Assembly (NCBI GenBank): GCA_030649055.1
Contig: JAUSGH010000007.1
Location: forward strand, 1,854 to 65,853
Direction of reading: 5' to 3'
DNA from: a bacterium
GTDB lineage: Bacteria > Patescibacteriota > Minisyncoccia > UBA6257 > JAUSGH01
DNA length: 64,000 bases
Below, one piece after another: positions 28,607 through 38,158 of the stretch. Numbering within the stretch: the first letter of the stretch is position 1; each line of letters begins with the position of its first letter. Made by a program: the position numbers and the translations under genes. The notes under the pieces were generated by a model, which was not told where the DNA came from, searched no databases, and saw nothing but the letters and a program-made list of their open reading frames with translations.

Positions 28607-30115
28607 TCACGCCGTCTCTGTCTTTAGCAATCGCATTTTTTCCGTCAACAGCACCAATCCCGCCGCGACAAAAATGAAATAGATCGGCTCAAATGCCATT
28701 CTCATCCGCGCGTCAATCGCGGCGCCAATAGGCAGCGTGACGACAACAAAGAAAAGGATAAGTGCCGCAAAGAAAAACGCAGAAATCCTCCGCCTTTCAG
28801 GCACCTCCTTTAAGAAAGGAGGAATCGGGGGCACTTCTCCCTTTCCTAAAGGGAGTACCCGAAGGCCGGTGAATTTTAAAAAACGAATCCAAAAAGGTGC
28901 CCGTGGGCTTGAGGGATTTGCAAAAAGCACCCAAGTGCCGCAGATGGCGCAAAACAACAAAAATGACCAAATGGCTCGCATAACGAATGGAATCACATAC
29001 GTCCCGCGTATATACGGAATAATCTCGCCGATTGCGCGCAACGGATGCTCTTGCAATAGCGCCATGGAAAGCGGAATCGGCGGCCGCTTCGGGTACGGTA
29101 GCAACCGCATTTCATTCAGCATCGTCAACAGATTGTCATGCGTAAAAATTGTATAGACGGAGAGCGGCTGAAGCAGCATCATTTGCAGCGGGTATTGTTT
29201 GAAAATCGCAAGCGCGCGTTTTTTAAGTTCCGGCGCGACCCGCGGGTCATACAACTCTTCGTCGGTACCGCGTGCCGTCACTCCATCGCGTCCGAGTTGT
29301 GTGAGAAAGTTATTAAATACGGGGTTAAATTGCTGATTCGTTGCCGCGGCGTATACCGTCGCCCCGAGGCGCGTGTACACGTTGTACCAACCCGACGTTG
29401 AAAGCGTAAACACGCCGAACACGCGTTCGTTGCGCATCATCCACGGGAAAATAATGAGGAATGAGGGGATGAGGAACAGCACGCAAGCCGCTATCGCACT
29501 TTTCCAATTGCGCCACGCAAGTGGAAAAATAAGGAAGATGATCACGATCGGCAAAAAATAAAGAAAGTACGGCCTCGTGATTGAGGAAATTGCGAAAAGC
29601 GCTCCCGCAACAACCGCGCGGCCGGGTGTTGGGATGTCCAAGTAGCGCACAACTGCCACCGCAAACAACGCAAGAAGAAAAATAAAAATGCCCTCGGTCG
29701 CGATACCGACTTGATGATAAATAAGATGCGGTTCAACGGCGGTCAAAAACCCCGCAACATACGCAACGCTCCTGCTCCCCGACGCCTTCCACGCGAGCCA
29801 GAGTATCATAACCGGCACGAGCGCGTTCAGAAATACTTGGAAAAGATTTGCCGGCCAAAACGTCCCGAACACTTTATAAAACACGGCGAGGAAAACAGGA
29901 TAACCGGGTGTGCGGTACGCATCCGGCGCGTACGGCGCGACAGCGCTCAACGAAAACCCGTGACCCTCGACGATATTTTTCGCAAGCGTCGTGTAATGCG
30001 TCGCGTCAACGAGATATAACCCCTCGGGTCCCGAACGCCAGATAAAAAAATCGAATGCGGCAAGGCGCAGGATGAATGCGAAAAGAAAAATGGTGATGAG
30101 CGCACGTTTATCCAT
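28607..30115 (-). CDS. GT-C membrane glycosyltransferase, family 39/83-like (ArnT/PMT-like), paralog 2
   Basis: Polytopic, ~13 TM helices, with the ArnT-like loop (Y.TLAKN...GHGFS...P.A...YRTPGYP). Start set at the internal Met (MDKRALI) because the longer ORF runs into repeat element 30134-30205. Confidence 0.7.
   Translation of the reverse strand: MDKRALITIFLFAFILRLAAFDFFIWRSGPEGLYLVDATHYTTLAKNIVEGHGFSLSAVAPYAPDAYRTPGYPVFLAVFYKVFGTFWPANLFQVFLNALVPVMILWLAWKASGSRSVAYVAGFLTAVEPHLIYHQVGIATEGIFIFLLALFAVAVVRYLDIPTPGRAVVAGALFAISSITRPYFLYFLPIVIIFLIFPLAWRNWKSAIAACVLFLIPSFLIIFPWMMRNERVFGVFTLSTSGWYNVYTRLGATVYAAATNQQFNPVFNNFLTQLGRDGVTARGTDEELYDPRVAPELKKRALAIFKQYPLQMMLLQPLSVYTIFTHDNLLTMLNEMRLLPYPKRPPIPLSMALLQEHPLRAIGEIIPYIRGTYVIPFVMRAIWSFLLFCAICGTWVLFANPSSPRAPFWIRFLKFTGLRVLPLGKGEVPPIPPFLKEVPERRRISAFFFAALILFFVVVTLPIGAAIDARMRMAFEPIYFIFVAAGLVLLTEKMRLLKTETA
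28783..28856. repeat. Palindromic element, family D (AAATCCTCCGCCTTTCAGGCACCTCCTTTA-NN-AAAGGAGGAAT plus a second hairpin CTCCCTTTCCTAAAGGGAG), located inside the coding sequence of paralog 2
   Basis: Read directly. Copies at 56479-56522 and 57260-57337. Carries Shine-Dalgarno-like AAAGGAGGA. Translates in-frame as FLKEVPERRRIS here and as KSSAFQAPPLAKEE in 55928..57304. Confidence 0.65.
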
Positions 30116-30133
30116 AATATTTTCTATATGTAG

Positions 30134-30205
30134 CCCTTCGATAAACTCAGGGACTATTATTTCCTGAGCAAAGGTCCGATGAACATCGGACCGCAATCGA
30201 AGGAA
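30134..30205. repeat. Palindromic element, family C (CCCTTCGATAAACTCAGGG ... TCCTGAG-N27-TCGAAGGA)
   Basis: Read directly, between two minus-strand membrane protein genes. Confidence 0.6.
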
Positions 30206-30211
30206 TACCTT

Positions 30212-31978
30212 TTATAACTGATAAAGATAAATATCGTTATCAAAATCCCCGATAAGCAGCGGGCGATGAAGCGACTCATAGACCCAATCTTTCAATGGCC
30301 CGTCGGAGGCAACGTAATCAACGCGATAGCGCCGCAATGCCTCAAGAAAATCCTCATTCATAAACTCCGTAAAATCCTGTTCGCGCGCGCGAAGCAACCC
30401 ATCAATCCATCGCTCGTCAAAAAATACAAGATCGCGCCAATCCCGGCGAAAATGATCGCGGATCCACGTGCGATGTTCTATTAAAAACGCGCGGACGGTA
30501 CGCGACGTCACACCGTTCACGCGCATGAGCGTCAAAATATTATGCAGCACGCGCGCTTCCGCGTTATAACTCGCTTGCATCCACCCGTTCGCGTAGTCAT
30601 TGCACTGCGTAAATGCGGGTATGAGCCGCGTCAGCTTTTCCTCCACGCCTTCAGCGGAAAGCACGACGCAATCGTCAGGAGCATTCGCACGAAGCCACGA
30701 AAGCACGCCGTCGTATGTTTGAATGGAACGGAACTCCGGAATTTGATACGCGTATGTCCGCGCCGCCATAACGCCGTAGAAAAGCGCGAACGCCGAAACG
30801 CCGAGCATGCCCGCGGCCCATAATCTCGGAAGCCGCGGCCGAAACACGAAAGCGAGCGCCGCCATAACGGCAACAACGGCAAGCGGCGTGGTGTATTGCA
30901 CGAAGTGGTACGGCCAGATCGTTTTTCCGGTTATGATCTGCTGATTCAAGGCCCAAAGTCCGCCCAAAATAAGCGCGGAGCAAAACCACCACCGGTGAGG
31001 AAGCGCTACTCCCTCTCGTTTGCTCTTGCGGTACGCGGCGATAAGACATGAGATGAATATGAGCAACGCGAGAAATAACACCTTGTTCGCAATGGGCGCG
31101 TGCGTCAAGAGCAACCCGTTCTGCGCGTATATCCGGTCAGCTTCAGGAATCGCCGCCACCGCGCGCATGTTGTACCAATACGGAGCGGCAAGCATGAACC
31201 CGACGGCAACGGCGAGCGCGAGCCGTTTAAGAAATGTGTAGTCACGCAAGACAAACGCAATGGCGCCGAGAACTCCGGCAACCGAAAGCGCCATCCCCCA
31301 TGTAAAAAAATATCCGAACATCAGCGCGAACACGGCACCCGCGGCAACAACGACGCCAACGCTCGGGCGGCGCATCAGTTGCCACAACAAAAGCAAGAAT
31401 GTAAAAAGCAGTATCGCGCCCGTCACGGGATTCACCGGCCTGGCCCAAAGCGACCACGCGAAAAATTGCGCCTTGCCGTTTAAAACCGGCAAAAGACTAT
31501 TGTAGTCCACAAGACCGTAGCCGGTAGTCGCGAGCAATCCTCCGGCAACGCTGGCGAGCTTTCGCGCGTACTCCGGTTCCGCATCGGTCAGTCGGTAAAG
31601 CAATATATAAATCAAAAAAAACAAAACCGCGGGAAAGAAAAATTTCGCGAAAATAAGCGCGGAGACAAACGATGCGCCAAAGAACACCGGCCACATATAC
31701 GCATATTCGCCGATGGGATACAAGAATGGCGGGGCGTTTTTGTATTCATATATAAATGGCGAGCTCACCCAACCATGGCCATCCAGAATCTCGTGCATGC
31801 GCGCGACATAAAAACTGTTGTCATCCAGCGTCAAAAGATGAGCGCCTTTATAATCAGCGCCTAACGCGCGGATGGCCAACAGTTGTGGAGCAACCGCAAG
31901 TCCACCGACGACAACAGCAAAAAGAAGCGCGATCCAATGGCGCTGAAAGAAAAATTTTATACGTGCAGCGTAACTCAT
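30212..31978 (-). CDS. Large polytopic membrane protein with a C-terminal soluble domain; putative GT-C-type glycosyltransferase or glycan polymerase
   Basis: 588 aa, ~14 hydrophobic helices in the first 400 aa, then a ~180-aa hydrophilic domain. No named motif recognised. Confidence 0.4.
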   Translation of the reverse strand: MSYAARIKFFFQRHWIALLFAVVVGGLAVAPQLLAIRALGADYKGAHLLTLDDNSFYVARMHEILDGHGWVSSPFIYEYKNAPPFLYPIGEYAYMWPVFFGASFVSALIFAKFFFPAVLFFLIYILLYRLTDAEPEYARKLASVAGGLLATTGYGLVDYNSLLPVLNGKAQFFAWSLWARPVNPVTGAILLFTFLLLLWQLMRRPSVGVVVAAGAVFALMFGYFFTWGMALSVAGVLGAIAFVLRDYTFLKRLALAVAVGFMLAAPYWYNMRAVAAIPEADRIYAQNGLLLTHAPIANKVLFLALLIFISCLIAAYRKSKREGVALPHRWWFCSALILGGLWALNQQIITGKTIWPYHFVQYTTPLAVVAVMAALAFVFRPRLPRLWAAGMLGVSAFALFYGVMAARTYAYQIPEFRSIQTYDGVLSWLRANAPDDCVVLSAEGVEEKLTRLIPAFTQCNDYANGWMQASYNAEARVLHNILTLMRVNGVTSRTVRAFLIEHRTWIRDHFRRDWRDLVFFDERWIDGLLRAREQDFTEFMNEDFLEALRRYRVDYVASDGPLKDWVYESLHRPLLIGDFDNDIYLYQL

Positions 31979-32043
31979 AACCGGCGTCCTGCGCCATTCG
32001 CATTATTTACCCTCATTCGCATTACAGTTCGACAGTGCTCACT

Positions 32044-32099
32044 GTCATTATACCCTGAGCTTGTCGAAGGGTTCGCGATTACTCCTCCCGTTAATGACT
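32044..32099. repeat. Short palindromic element with GTCATTA...TAATGAC termini and a CCCTGAGCTTGTCGAAGGG core (family B/C hybrid), overlapping the 3' end of the GT2 gene
   Basis: Read directly. Confidence 0.5.
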
Positions 32100-33013
32100 T
32101 CCGACACAATCCCGATGGGCCGATGTTTCACTTCTTCATAAATCCTCGCCAAGTATTCCGCGATAACCGAAAGCGAGAGTAGCTGTACCGCGCCCAAAAA
32201 TAACATGAATACGAACATGGTGAGGTATCCTCGCGGCGCCGGGAAAAAGAAATACAACGCGGTATAGACGACAATCGCAATGCCCGCGAGAACCGTCACG
32301 ATTGCCGCGACATACGAAATAAGCTCCAGCGGTTTATACGAAAATGCGACAATCATCCGCTTCGCCCATTTGAAAAGCTCAAAAAAACTGTTAGTGCTTA
32401 CTCCCGAATACCGTTCATCACGAGTATACGGAACTCCGATAGAACGGAAGCCAACATACGCACGCATACCGCGAATATAACGATCAACTTCGCCAAAGCC
32501 ATTGATGACGTCGAGCGCCTTCCGGCCAATGAGCGAAAACTCGCCCGCATCCAATGGAATGTCGATGTAAGACATCTTGCGGAACACGCGGTAAAACGCT
32601 TTATAGAAAAACCGCATGAGCAAACTCGCCTTCCGCCGCGTCCGACGCCCATACACGATGGTGTATCCCGCAAGCCATTGCTTCACAAATTCCGGAAAAA
32701 GCTCCGGCGGGTCCTGAATGTCACCGTCCAAAAGAATCACCGCGTCGCCGTCCGCGTAACGCATGCCGGTGGTATACGCCACCTGTCCGCCGAAATTGCG
32801 CGAATGATTCAATACAATGAGATGTTTGTCTTTTGCCGCGATCTCGCGAAGTACGTCCAGGGCGTTATCCGGACTCGCATCGTTCACGTAAATAAGCTCC
32901 CAATTCGGCGTAATGCCGCGCATCACTTCCGTGACACGCCGGTGCATTTCTTTGACACTCCCCTCGTCATTCCAGCAAATAACGATGATGGAAATTTTTT
33001 TATCGGTGAGCAT
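32048..33013 (-). CDS. GT2 polyprenyl-phosphate glycosyltransferase with C-terminal membrane anchor (GtrB/ArnC-like)
   Basis: 321 aa. ISIIVICWNDEGSV, DXD motif LLDGDIQDPP, two C-terminal TM helices. Confidence 0.8.
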   Translation of the reverse strand: MLTDKKISIIVICWNDEGSVKEMHRRVTEVMRGITPNWELIYVNDASPDNALDVLREIAAKDKHLIVLNHSRNFGGQVAYTTGMRYADGDAVILLDGDIQDPPELFPEFVKQWLAGYTIVYGRRTRRKASLLMRFFYKAFYRVFRKMSYIDIPLDAGEFSLIGRKALDVINGFGEVDRYIRGMRAYVGFRSIGVPYTRDERYSGVSTNSFFELFKWAKRMIVAFSYKPLELISYVAAIVTVLAGIAIVVYTALYFFFPAPRGYLTMFVFMLFLGAVQLLSLSVIAEYLARIYEEVKHRPIGIVSEVINGRSNREPFDKLRV

Positions 33014-33099
33014 AGTTTTATTACCTAGTCATCATAGCGGCTTTATACGGTTGCCGTATGCGGCACATGAACCAATGATGCCGCAAAAATTGCAAGAAA

Positions 33100-34263
33100 T
33101 CAAACACAAGCGATGCGTTGGAGAAGTTGCTCAAACGCCTTTGCCGGCTCATGATAATCAAGCTCTTCGACGCGCGCGAATCCTTTTTCGATCAACGCGC
33201 CGGCAAGCGCTTCGTCATTCATCAACGACCCGATTTTTTTTGCCAAGTCATCAGCATTCTGATCCTCAAAGGCGAATCCCGCGTCACCCGTAAACCATTG
33301 TAACGCTCCGCCCCGTGGAACAATCGTCGGCACGCCGACGCCCATGGAATACACCACGAGCGCCGAGGCGATTTCCGGACGCCAGCACGGCAGAATAAAA
33401 CAATCGGCACGCTGCAACTGCGCGTACAATTCATCCATAGAAAGCCAGCCGGGAAATTCAACCTTGTCCGCGACGCCAAGATCGTGGGCAAGTTTTTGAA
33501 GTGGCCGGAGCTCCGGTCCGTCGCCGGCGACGACAACGCGAACGCGCTTGCGTTCCGGCATTTTTGCGACCGCGGTGAGCACAAGGTCAAACCCCTTCTC
33601 CCACACCATCCTGCCTCCGGTAAAAATAGTGAACTCGCCTTCTTGTCGCGCGCGGACAGCGCGTTTATGCCGAAGTATGTCTTCCGCGTCAAGAAAATCA
33701 AAGATAAAAAAAGATTTTTTCACGTCAAGCCCGAATCGGATATAACGATCACGGAGCATTGGCGAACAATATACGAAACCGTCAATATGATTCGCGAGAT
33801 AAATGCCGATTGTTTTTTCAATAACATATCGGATATTTCGCCGTAGCTCTGCGAACGTCCGCGTCACGGAAAACTTCTCTCTTCTTTTACGAAAAGGTGG
33901 GAAGGAAGTTTGTTCCCGGTTCAAGCCCGCTACAACCGGAGTTCGCCCCCCGAGCATGCGGTACAGCCCCGCGCCATACAAAGACACTGTACCATCAACG
34001 TGAAATACGTCCGCGCGTTTCTCGTATTTTTTAAGCATTCCGTACACACCATAATGGATGGCGAGCTGCCCCGAAGTGCCGATACGCTCCTCAATAACGG
34101 GGTATGCCGAAGGAATTGCCCCGCGGTTAATTCCGGGAAAAAGCGTGACGACAGTCACGTTGTGACCAAGCGCTTTCAATGCCCGCAATTTCAGATCAAG
34201 TTCCGGCGTTGAGTATCCTCCGGTTTCAAAATTAAGTTTTGTGGTAAAAAAGATGATGCGCAT
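33100..34263 (-). CDS. GT4 family glycosyltransferase (GT-B, group 1)
   Basis: 387 aa. C-terminal EGFDLVLTA...VVAGDGPE...VEFPGW..........D.FILPC..E.......YSMGVGVPTIV pattern of GT4. Confidence 0.8.
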   Translation of the reverse strand: MRIIFFTTKLNFETGGYSTPELDLKLRALKALGHNVTVVTLFPGINRGAIPSAYPVIEERIGTSGQLAIHYGVYGMLKKYEKRADVFHVDGTVSLYGAGLYRMLGGRTPVVAGLNREQTSFPPFRKRREKFSVTRTFAELRRNIRYVIEKTIGIYLANHIDGFVYCSPMLRDRYIRFGLDVKKSFFIFDFLDAEDILRHKRAVRARQEGEFTIFTGGRMVWEKGFDLVLTAVAKMPERKRVRVVVAGDGPELRPLQKLAHDLGVADKVEFPGWLSMDELYAQLQRADCFILPCWRPEIASALVVYSMGVGVPTIVPRGGALQWFTGDAGFAFEDQNADDLAKKIGSLMNDEALAGALIEKGFARVEELDYHEPAKAFEQLLQRIACV

Positions 34264-34273
34264 ATGCGTGCCG

Positions 34274-34342
34274 TCATTCTGAGCAGGACGAAGAATCTCT
34301 AAGAGATCCTTCGGCCCCGTTTAGCGGGGCCTCATGATGACC
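34274..34342. repeat. Palindromic element, family B (GTCATTCTGAGCAGGACGAAGAATCTC ... GAGATCCTTCGG ... CTCATGATGAC); its terminus supplies the last codons and stop of the GT2 gene
   Basis: Read directly. Confidence 0.55.
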
Positions 34343-35042
34343 GCGAGAAAAATTTCCACCAAATAATCTTCAGCAGCAACACCGCGTGGCGACGGAACTC
34401 GCGCGCGTAATTAAGCTTGGATACGCCGAATTGCCGCGCCGTGAGCTCCGCGGGGATTTCAACAAACGTCCTGCCTTTGAATACCAGTTTGAACAAAATC
34501 TCCGCGTTAATTTCGTATCCCTTACTCGTTAAATGCAACTCCTTCAACTGCGGCGTCTTGTAGAGCCGAAGAATTTGATTAATGGAGGTAACCGGTTTCC
34601 CTAAAAGCGTTGCGTACACTAAATTCGCCATTTTACTCACAAACAAACGGTACGCCGGAATGTCTTTGGCGTAACCGCCCAGCTTAGGCGAACCAATGAC
34701 AAAATCAACATCATTCGCCTCAAGCGCACTAAGAAGCGCGGGGATAAGTTTGGGGTGGAACGTCAGGTCGGAATCAAGAAAAACAATGAGATCGCCCGTT
34801 GCGCCCGCAATCCCCGTCCGCATCGCGGCGGAAAGTCCCTGATTTTTTTCGTGCGCGACAAGACGGACGCGTGCGTCGTGAATATTTTTTATTTCTCGCG
34901 CAGTACCATCAGCTGAACCGTCATCAACAAGCACCACTTCACTATCCATACCTAAGACATCAAGCACTGGCAAAAGCTCCGGCGCGAAACGTCGCACGTT
35001 CTCTTCTTCGTTAAAGCACGGGATGATGACGGATAATTTCAT
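34332..35042 (-). CDS. GT2 polyprenyl-phosphate sugar synthase-like glycosyltransferase (DPM1-like)
   Basis: LSVIIPCFNEEENV, VLVDDGSADGT, DXD LDSDLT. Start set at MKLSV; the 4 upstream codons come from the adjacent element terminus. Confidence 0.8.
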   Translation of the reverse strand: MKLSVIIPCFNEEENVRRFAPELLPVLDVLGMDSEVVLVDDGSADGTAREIKNIHDARVRLVAHEKNQGLSAAMRTGIAGATGDLIVFLDSDLTFHPKLIPALLSALEANDVDFVIGSPKLGGYAKDIPAYRLFVSKMANLVYATLLGKPVTSINQILRLYKTPQLKELHLTSKGYEINAEILFKLVFKGRTFVEIPAELTARQFGVSKLNYAREFRRHAVLLLKIIWWKFFSRSS

Positions 35043-35048
35043 GGTATG

Positions 35049-35147
35049 TGTCATTCCGGGCTTGACCCGGAATCCAGTACACCTAACTTTATAATCATAT
35101 TCTGGATTCCCGCTGGAGTTTATCCGCCTTCGGCGGGCGGGAATGAC
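35049..35147. repeat. Family A palindromic element, ORF-less copy (GTCATTCCGGGCTTGACCCGGAATCCAG - 24 bp - CTGGATTCCCGCTGGAGTTTATCCGCCTTCGGCGGGCGGGAATGAC)
   Basis: Both halves match the termini flanking the GIY-YIG gene at 26786-27144. Confidence 0.65.
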
Positions 35148-35165
35148 AGATGAAACGAAACCGCG

Positions 35166-36248
35166 CTATAACCCGATGTTCTTTTCTAATATATCCAGCA
35201 TATTCTTCGCGACATTTTTTCCATACGGATGCCGCCAATTCGGCTTTTTCTTCGCCATAAGCTTGGTCTTCTGCAAAATAGATTTCGGCTCATAGCCGGA
35301 AAGCATGTTTGATCCGAGAGCAAGCGTCTCCTGCCGTTCGGTGTTCGGCCGAAGCGAAACAACCGGAACATGCAAAATGCATCCTTCTTCCTGTAACCCC
35401 CCGGAGTCCGTGAGAATAACTTTCGCGTGCGCGAGCAGCGCCAAGAAGTCAAAATAACCGGCCGGCTCAATAAGCGTTACTCCGCGCGGGACAGTCAACC
35501 CGAACTCGGCCATATTCTTTTTTGCCCGCGGATGCATCGGATAAATCACCGGGAGTTTGAAGTGCGCCGCGACTTGCCCCAAGCCCGCGAGAATGTTTGA
35601 GAAGTTTTTCGGGTCGTCCACCGCGCCTGCGCGATGCACCGTCGCGAGAAAATATTTTCCTTTCTCCAATCCCAACGTCTGGTGTATCACGCTCTCACGC
35701 TCGGAACGCGGGAGCATTTCCGCGACAACATCCGCAATAAGGTTTCCGGTGACAAAAACGTTCTTTGTGATACCCTCTTTCTTTAAATGCGCGCGCTGAA
35801 GTTTCGTCGGCGCAAAAATATAATTCGCGAGCCGGTCCACCACAAGCCGATTTATCTCCTCGGGCATGGTCCGATCATAGGAGCGCAGCCCTCCCTCAAG
35901 CTGGATAATCGGAATGTTCAGTTTTGCGGCGGTGAGGGCCCCAGCAATGGCGCTGTTCGGGTCCGCATACACAACAACGGCATCCGGCTTCTCTTTCATA
36001 AGCACAGCTTCAATCCCGATCATCATATTGCCCACTTGCAAGCCTTGCGTGCCCGAACCGACGCCAAGATTATATGCGGCTTGCGGCAACGCGAAGTTTT
36101 CCCAGAACACCCTGTCCATTTGCGCCGAATAATGCTGGCCCGTATGGATAATAAAAAAATCGCGCTCCCGCGCTTCAAGGCCCTTGATGAACGGAGACAT
36201 CTTGATAATCTCCGGCCGCGTTCCGAAAATAAGTGCGAGTTTCGTCAT
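35166..36248 (-). CDS. wecB: UDP-N-acetylglucosamine 2-epimerase (non-hydrolysing), WecB/MnaA family
   Basis: 360 aa. FGTRPE.IKM, HTGQHY, DSGG.QEE motifs. Confidence 0.85.
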   Translation of the reverse strand: MTKLALIFGTRPEIIKMSPFIKGLEARERDFFIIHTGQHYSAQMDRVFWENFALPQAAYNLGVGSGTQGLQVGNMMIGIEAVLMKEKPDAVVVYADPNSAIAGALTAAKLNIPIIQLEGGLRSYDRTMPEEINRLVVDRLANYIFAPTKLQRAHLKKEGITKNVFVTGNLIADVVAEMLPRSERESVIHQTLGLEKGKYFLATVHRAGAVDDPKNFSNILAGLGQVAAHFKLPVIYPMHPRAKKNMAEFGLTVPRGVTLIEPAGYFDFLALLAHAKVILTDSGGLQEEGCILHVPVVSLRPNTERQETLALGSNMLSGYEPKSILQKTKLMAKKKPNWRHPYGKNVAKNMLDILEKNIGL

Positions 36249-36266
36249 CTTCTTACTCCATACTTC

Positions 36267-37181
36267 TTACTTCTTCCCACGCCATGCAATATAACGGTCA
36301 ATACCCTCATAAATGTTTACTGCCGACTCCCAACCAAGCAACCGCTTTGCTTTAGATGAATCCGCGATCATGTTGGACGCCTCTCCAGGCCTACCGTCGG
36401 CGTAAATCACTTTTCCATTCAATTTTTTCGCGACGTACTCGGCGATGTCTTTGATACGCGTCGCGTGACCGCTCCCAAAATTTACAACCTCGCCACGAAG
36501 CTCGGGGTGGTCCAAAAGCATTTCATACGCGCGAACGACGTCGGAAATATATACATAATCACGCGTCTGCTCCCCCGTACCGAACACGGTAATCGGTTTG
36601 CCCGCCAACGCGCGGCCGACAAAAATCGGAATCACGGCGCCGAATGTCCCCTCCTTCTGTCGCTCACCAAAGATATTAAAAAATCGGGCGATGGTCACCG
36701 GCGTTTTATACGTTTGCGCGTACGCGAAACACAGCCGGTCAGCGGCAGCTTTTGAAGCGGCGTACGGGCTCATCGGACGGAGTTCGGCATTTTCCGCGAC
36801 CGGCGCCCGTTCCGGCAAACCATACACCTCGCACGAAGACGTGAGGATCATCCGCGTTCCGGTTTTTTTGACTGCTTCAAGCACGTTGTATGTGCCGCGC
36901 ACATTCACCTCCATCGTCTCCCACGGGTGGGCAATTGACTCGTCCACGTTGACTCTAGCGCCAAGATGAAAAACAACATCCTTCCCGCGCATAGCCTTTT
37001 CGGTCACTTCGGCATCGGTGATTGAACCCCAAAGCACGCGACAACCTTCAAGATATTGTTCGTTGCCGGAGGCCTGCGGCGTAAGGGTGTTTAACACCGT
37101 CACCGCGTGCCCTAAACCAAGCATCTTTTGCGCCAAATGCGTCCCCTGAAACCCAGCCCCACCGGTGATAAGAATGTTCAT
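36267..37181 (-). CDS. NAD-dependent epimerase/dehydratase (SDR, GalE/UDP-sugar 4-epimerase-like)
   Basis: 304 aa. ILITGGAGFQG Rossmann motif and catalytic YAASK. Confidence 0.8.
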   Translation of the reverse strand: MNILITGGAGFQGTHLAQKMLGLGHAVTVLNTLTPQASGNEQYLEGCRVLWGSITDAEVTEKAMRGKDVVFHLGARVNVDESIAHPWETMEVNVRGTYNVLEAVKKTGTRMILTSSCEVYGLPERAPVAENAELRPMSPYAASKAAADRLCFAYAQTYKTPVTIARFFNIFGERQKEGTFGAVIPIFVGRALAGKPITVFGTGEQTRDYVYISDVVRAYEMLLDHPELRGEVVNFGSGHATRIKDIAEYVAKKLNGKVIYADGRPGEASNMIADSSKAKRLLGWESAVNIYEGIDRYIAWRGKK

Positions 37182-37220
37182 AAAAATGCAACAAATATCA
37201 TATAGACAAGAGTTATACAG

Positions 37221-38141
37221 ATGTATATACTATATACATTATCCATGCCTAACGTCAACAAATTGAAGGTCGGAATCATCGGAACCGGCAACATCGGGAG
37301 CGATTTGCTCATGAAAGTCATGCGCTCGCCGTTTTTGACGTGTGGCATGTTCACCGGACGAGATAAAGACTCCGCCGGCATCGCACGCGCGAAAAAACTC
37401 GGCGTGCCAACCTCGCACGAATCCATTAAGGCGATCATTGACGACCCTGCGTGTTGCGACATCGTATGCGACGCGACCTCGGCCGCGGTACACGCCGAGC
37501 ACGCCGCGATATTAAAAAAACTAGGGAAATTCACCATTGACCTTACCCCGTCGCGCATCGGCGTGCCCTGCATTCCCATTTTAAACCTTGACGAAGCGTT
37601 GGAAGCCGATAACGTGAGCTTAATCACGTGCGGAGGACAAAGTGTCATCCCCATCGCGCGAGCGATCATGGAGGTCCACCCCGAGACCGAATACATTGAG
37701 CTCGTCGGAAGCATCGCGTCCAAATCCGCGGGTCCGGGAACACGCGCGAACATTGAGGAATACATCCGGACGACCCGCAGCGCGCTCGAAAAGTTTTCCG
37801 GCGTGCCGCGCGGCAAAGTCATTCTTATCTTGAACCCCGTGGAACCGCCAATTCATATGCACAATACGGTGTACGCGCAGATTCCGCATCCGGACATTCC
37901 CGCATTGCGTAAAAAAATTATGGCCGTCGTGAAACGCATCCAAGCATATGTGCCCGGTTATCGTTTGTCGGTAGGACCTATCGCGCGGCAAGACAGAGTC
38001 ACCGTTGTGACGGAAGTTGTTGGTGCCGAAGATTTTTTGCCGGCGTACGCGGGCAATCTTGATATCATCACCTGCGCGGCCGTCAAAGTCGCCGAAGCGT
38101 ACGCCGAAAAGCACGTGGCTGGGCGACGCAAAAAGCGGTAA
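37221..38141 (+). CDS. Acetaldehyde dehydrogenase (acetylating), DmpF/MhpF family
   Basis: 306 aa. LKVGIIGTGNIGSDL start, catalytic Cys in ITCGGQS, overall colinear with DmpF. True start may be the Met at 37245 (MPNVNKLKV). Confidence 0.8.
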   Translation: MYILYTLSMPNVNKLKVGIIGTGNIGSDLLMKVMRSPFLTCGMFTGRDKDSAGIARAKKLGVPTSHESIKAIIDDPACCDIVCDATSAAVHAEHAAILKKLGKFTIDLTPSRIGVPCIPILNLDEALEADNVSLITCGGQSVIPIARAIMEVHPETEYIELVGSIASKSAGPGTRANIEEYIRTTRSALEKFSGVPRGKVILILNPVEPPIHMHNTVYAQIPHPDIPALRKKIMAVVKRIQAYVPGYRLSVGPIARQDRVTVVTEVVGAEDFLPAYAGNLDIITCAAVKVAEAYAEKHVAGRRKKR

Positions 38142-38158
38142 CTTCAAACACTGACGCC

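Noticed and set aside
37178-37822. 214-aa ORF antisense to the DmpF-like gene
   Set aside because: The plus-strand gene has full-length family similarity. The antisense ORF has no recognisable features.
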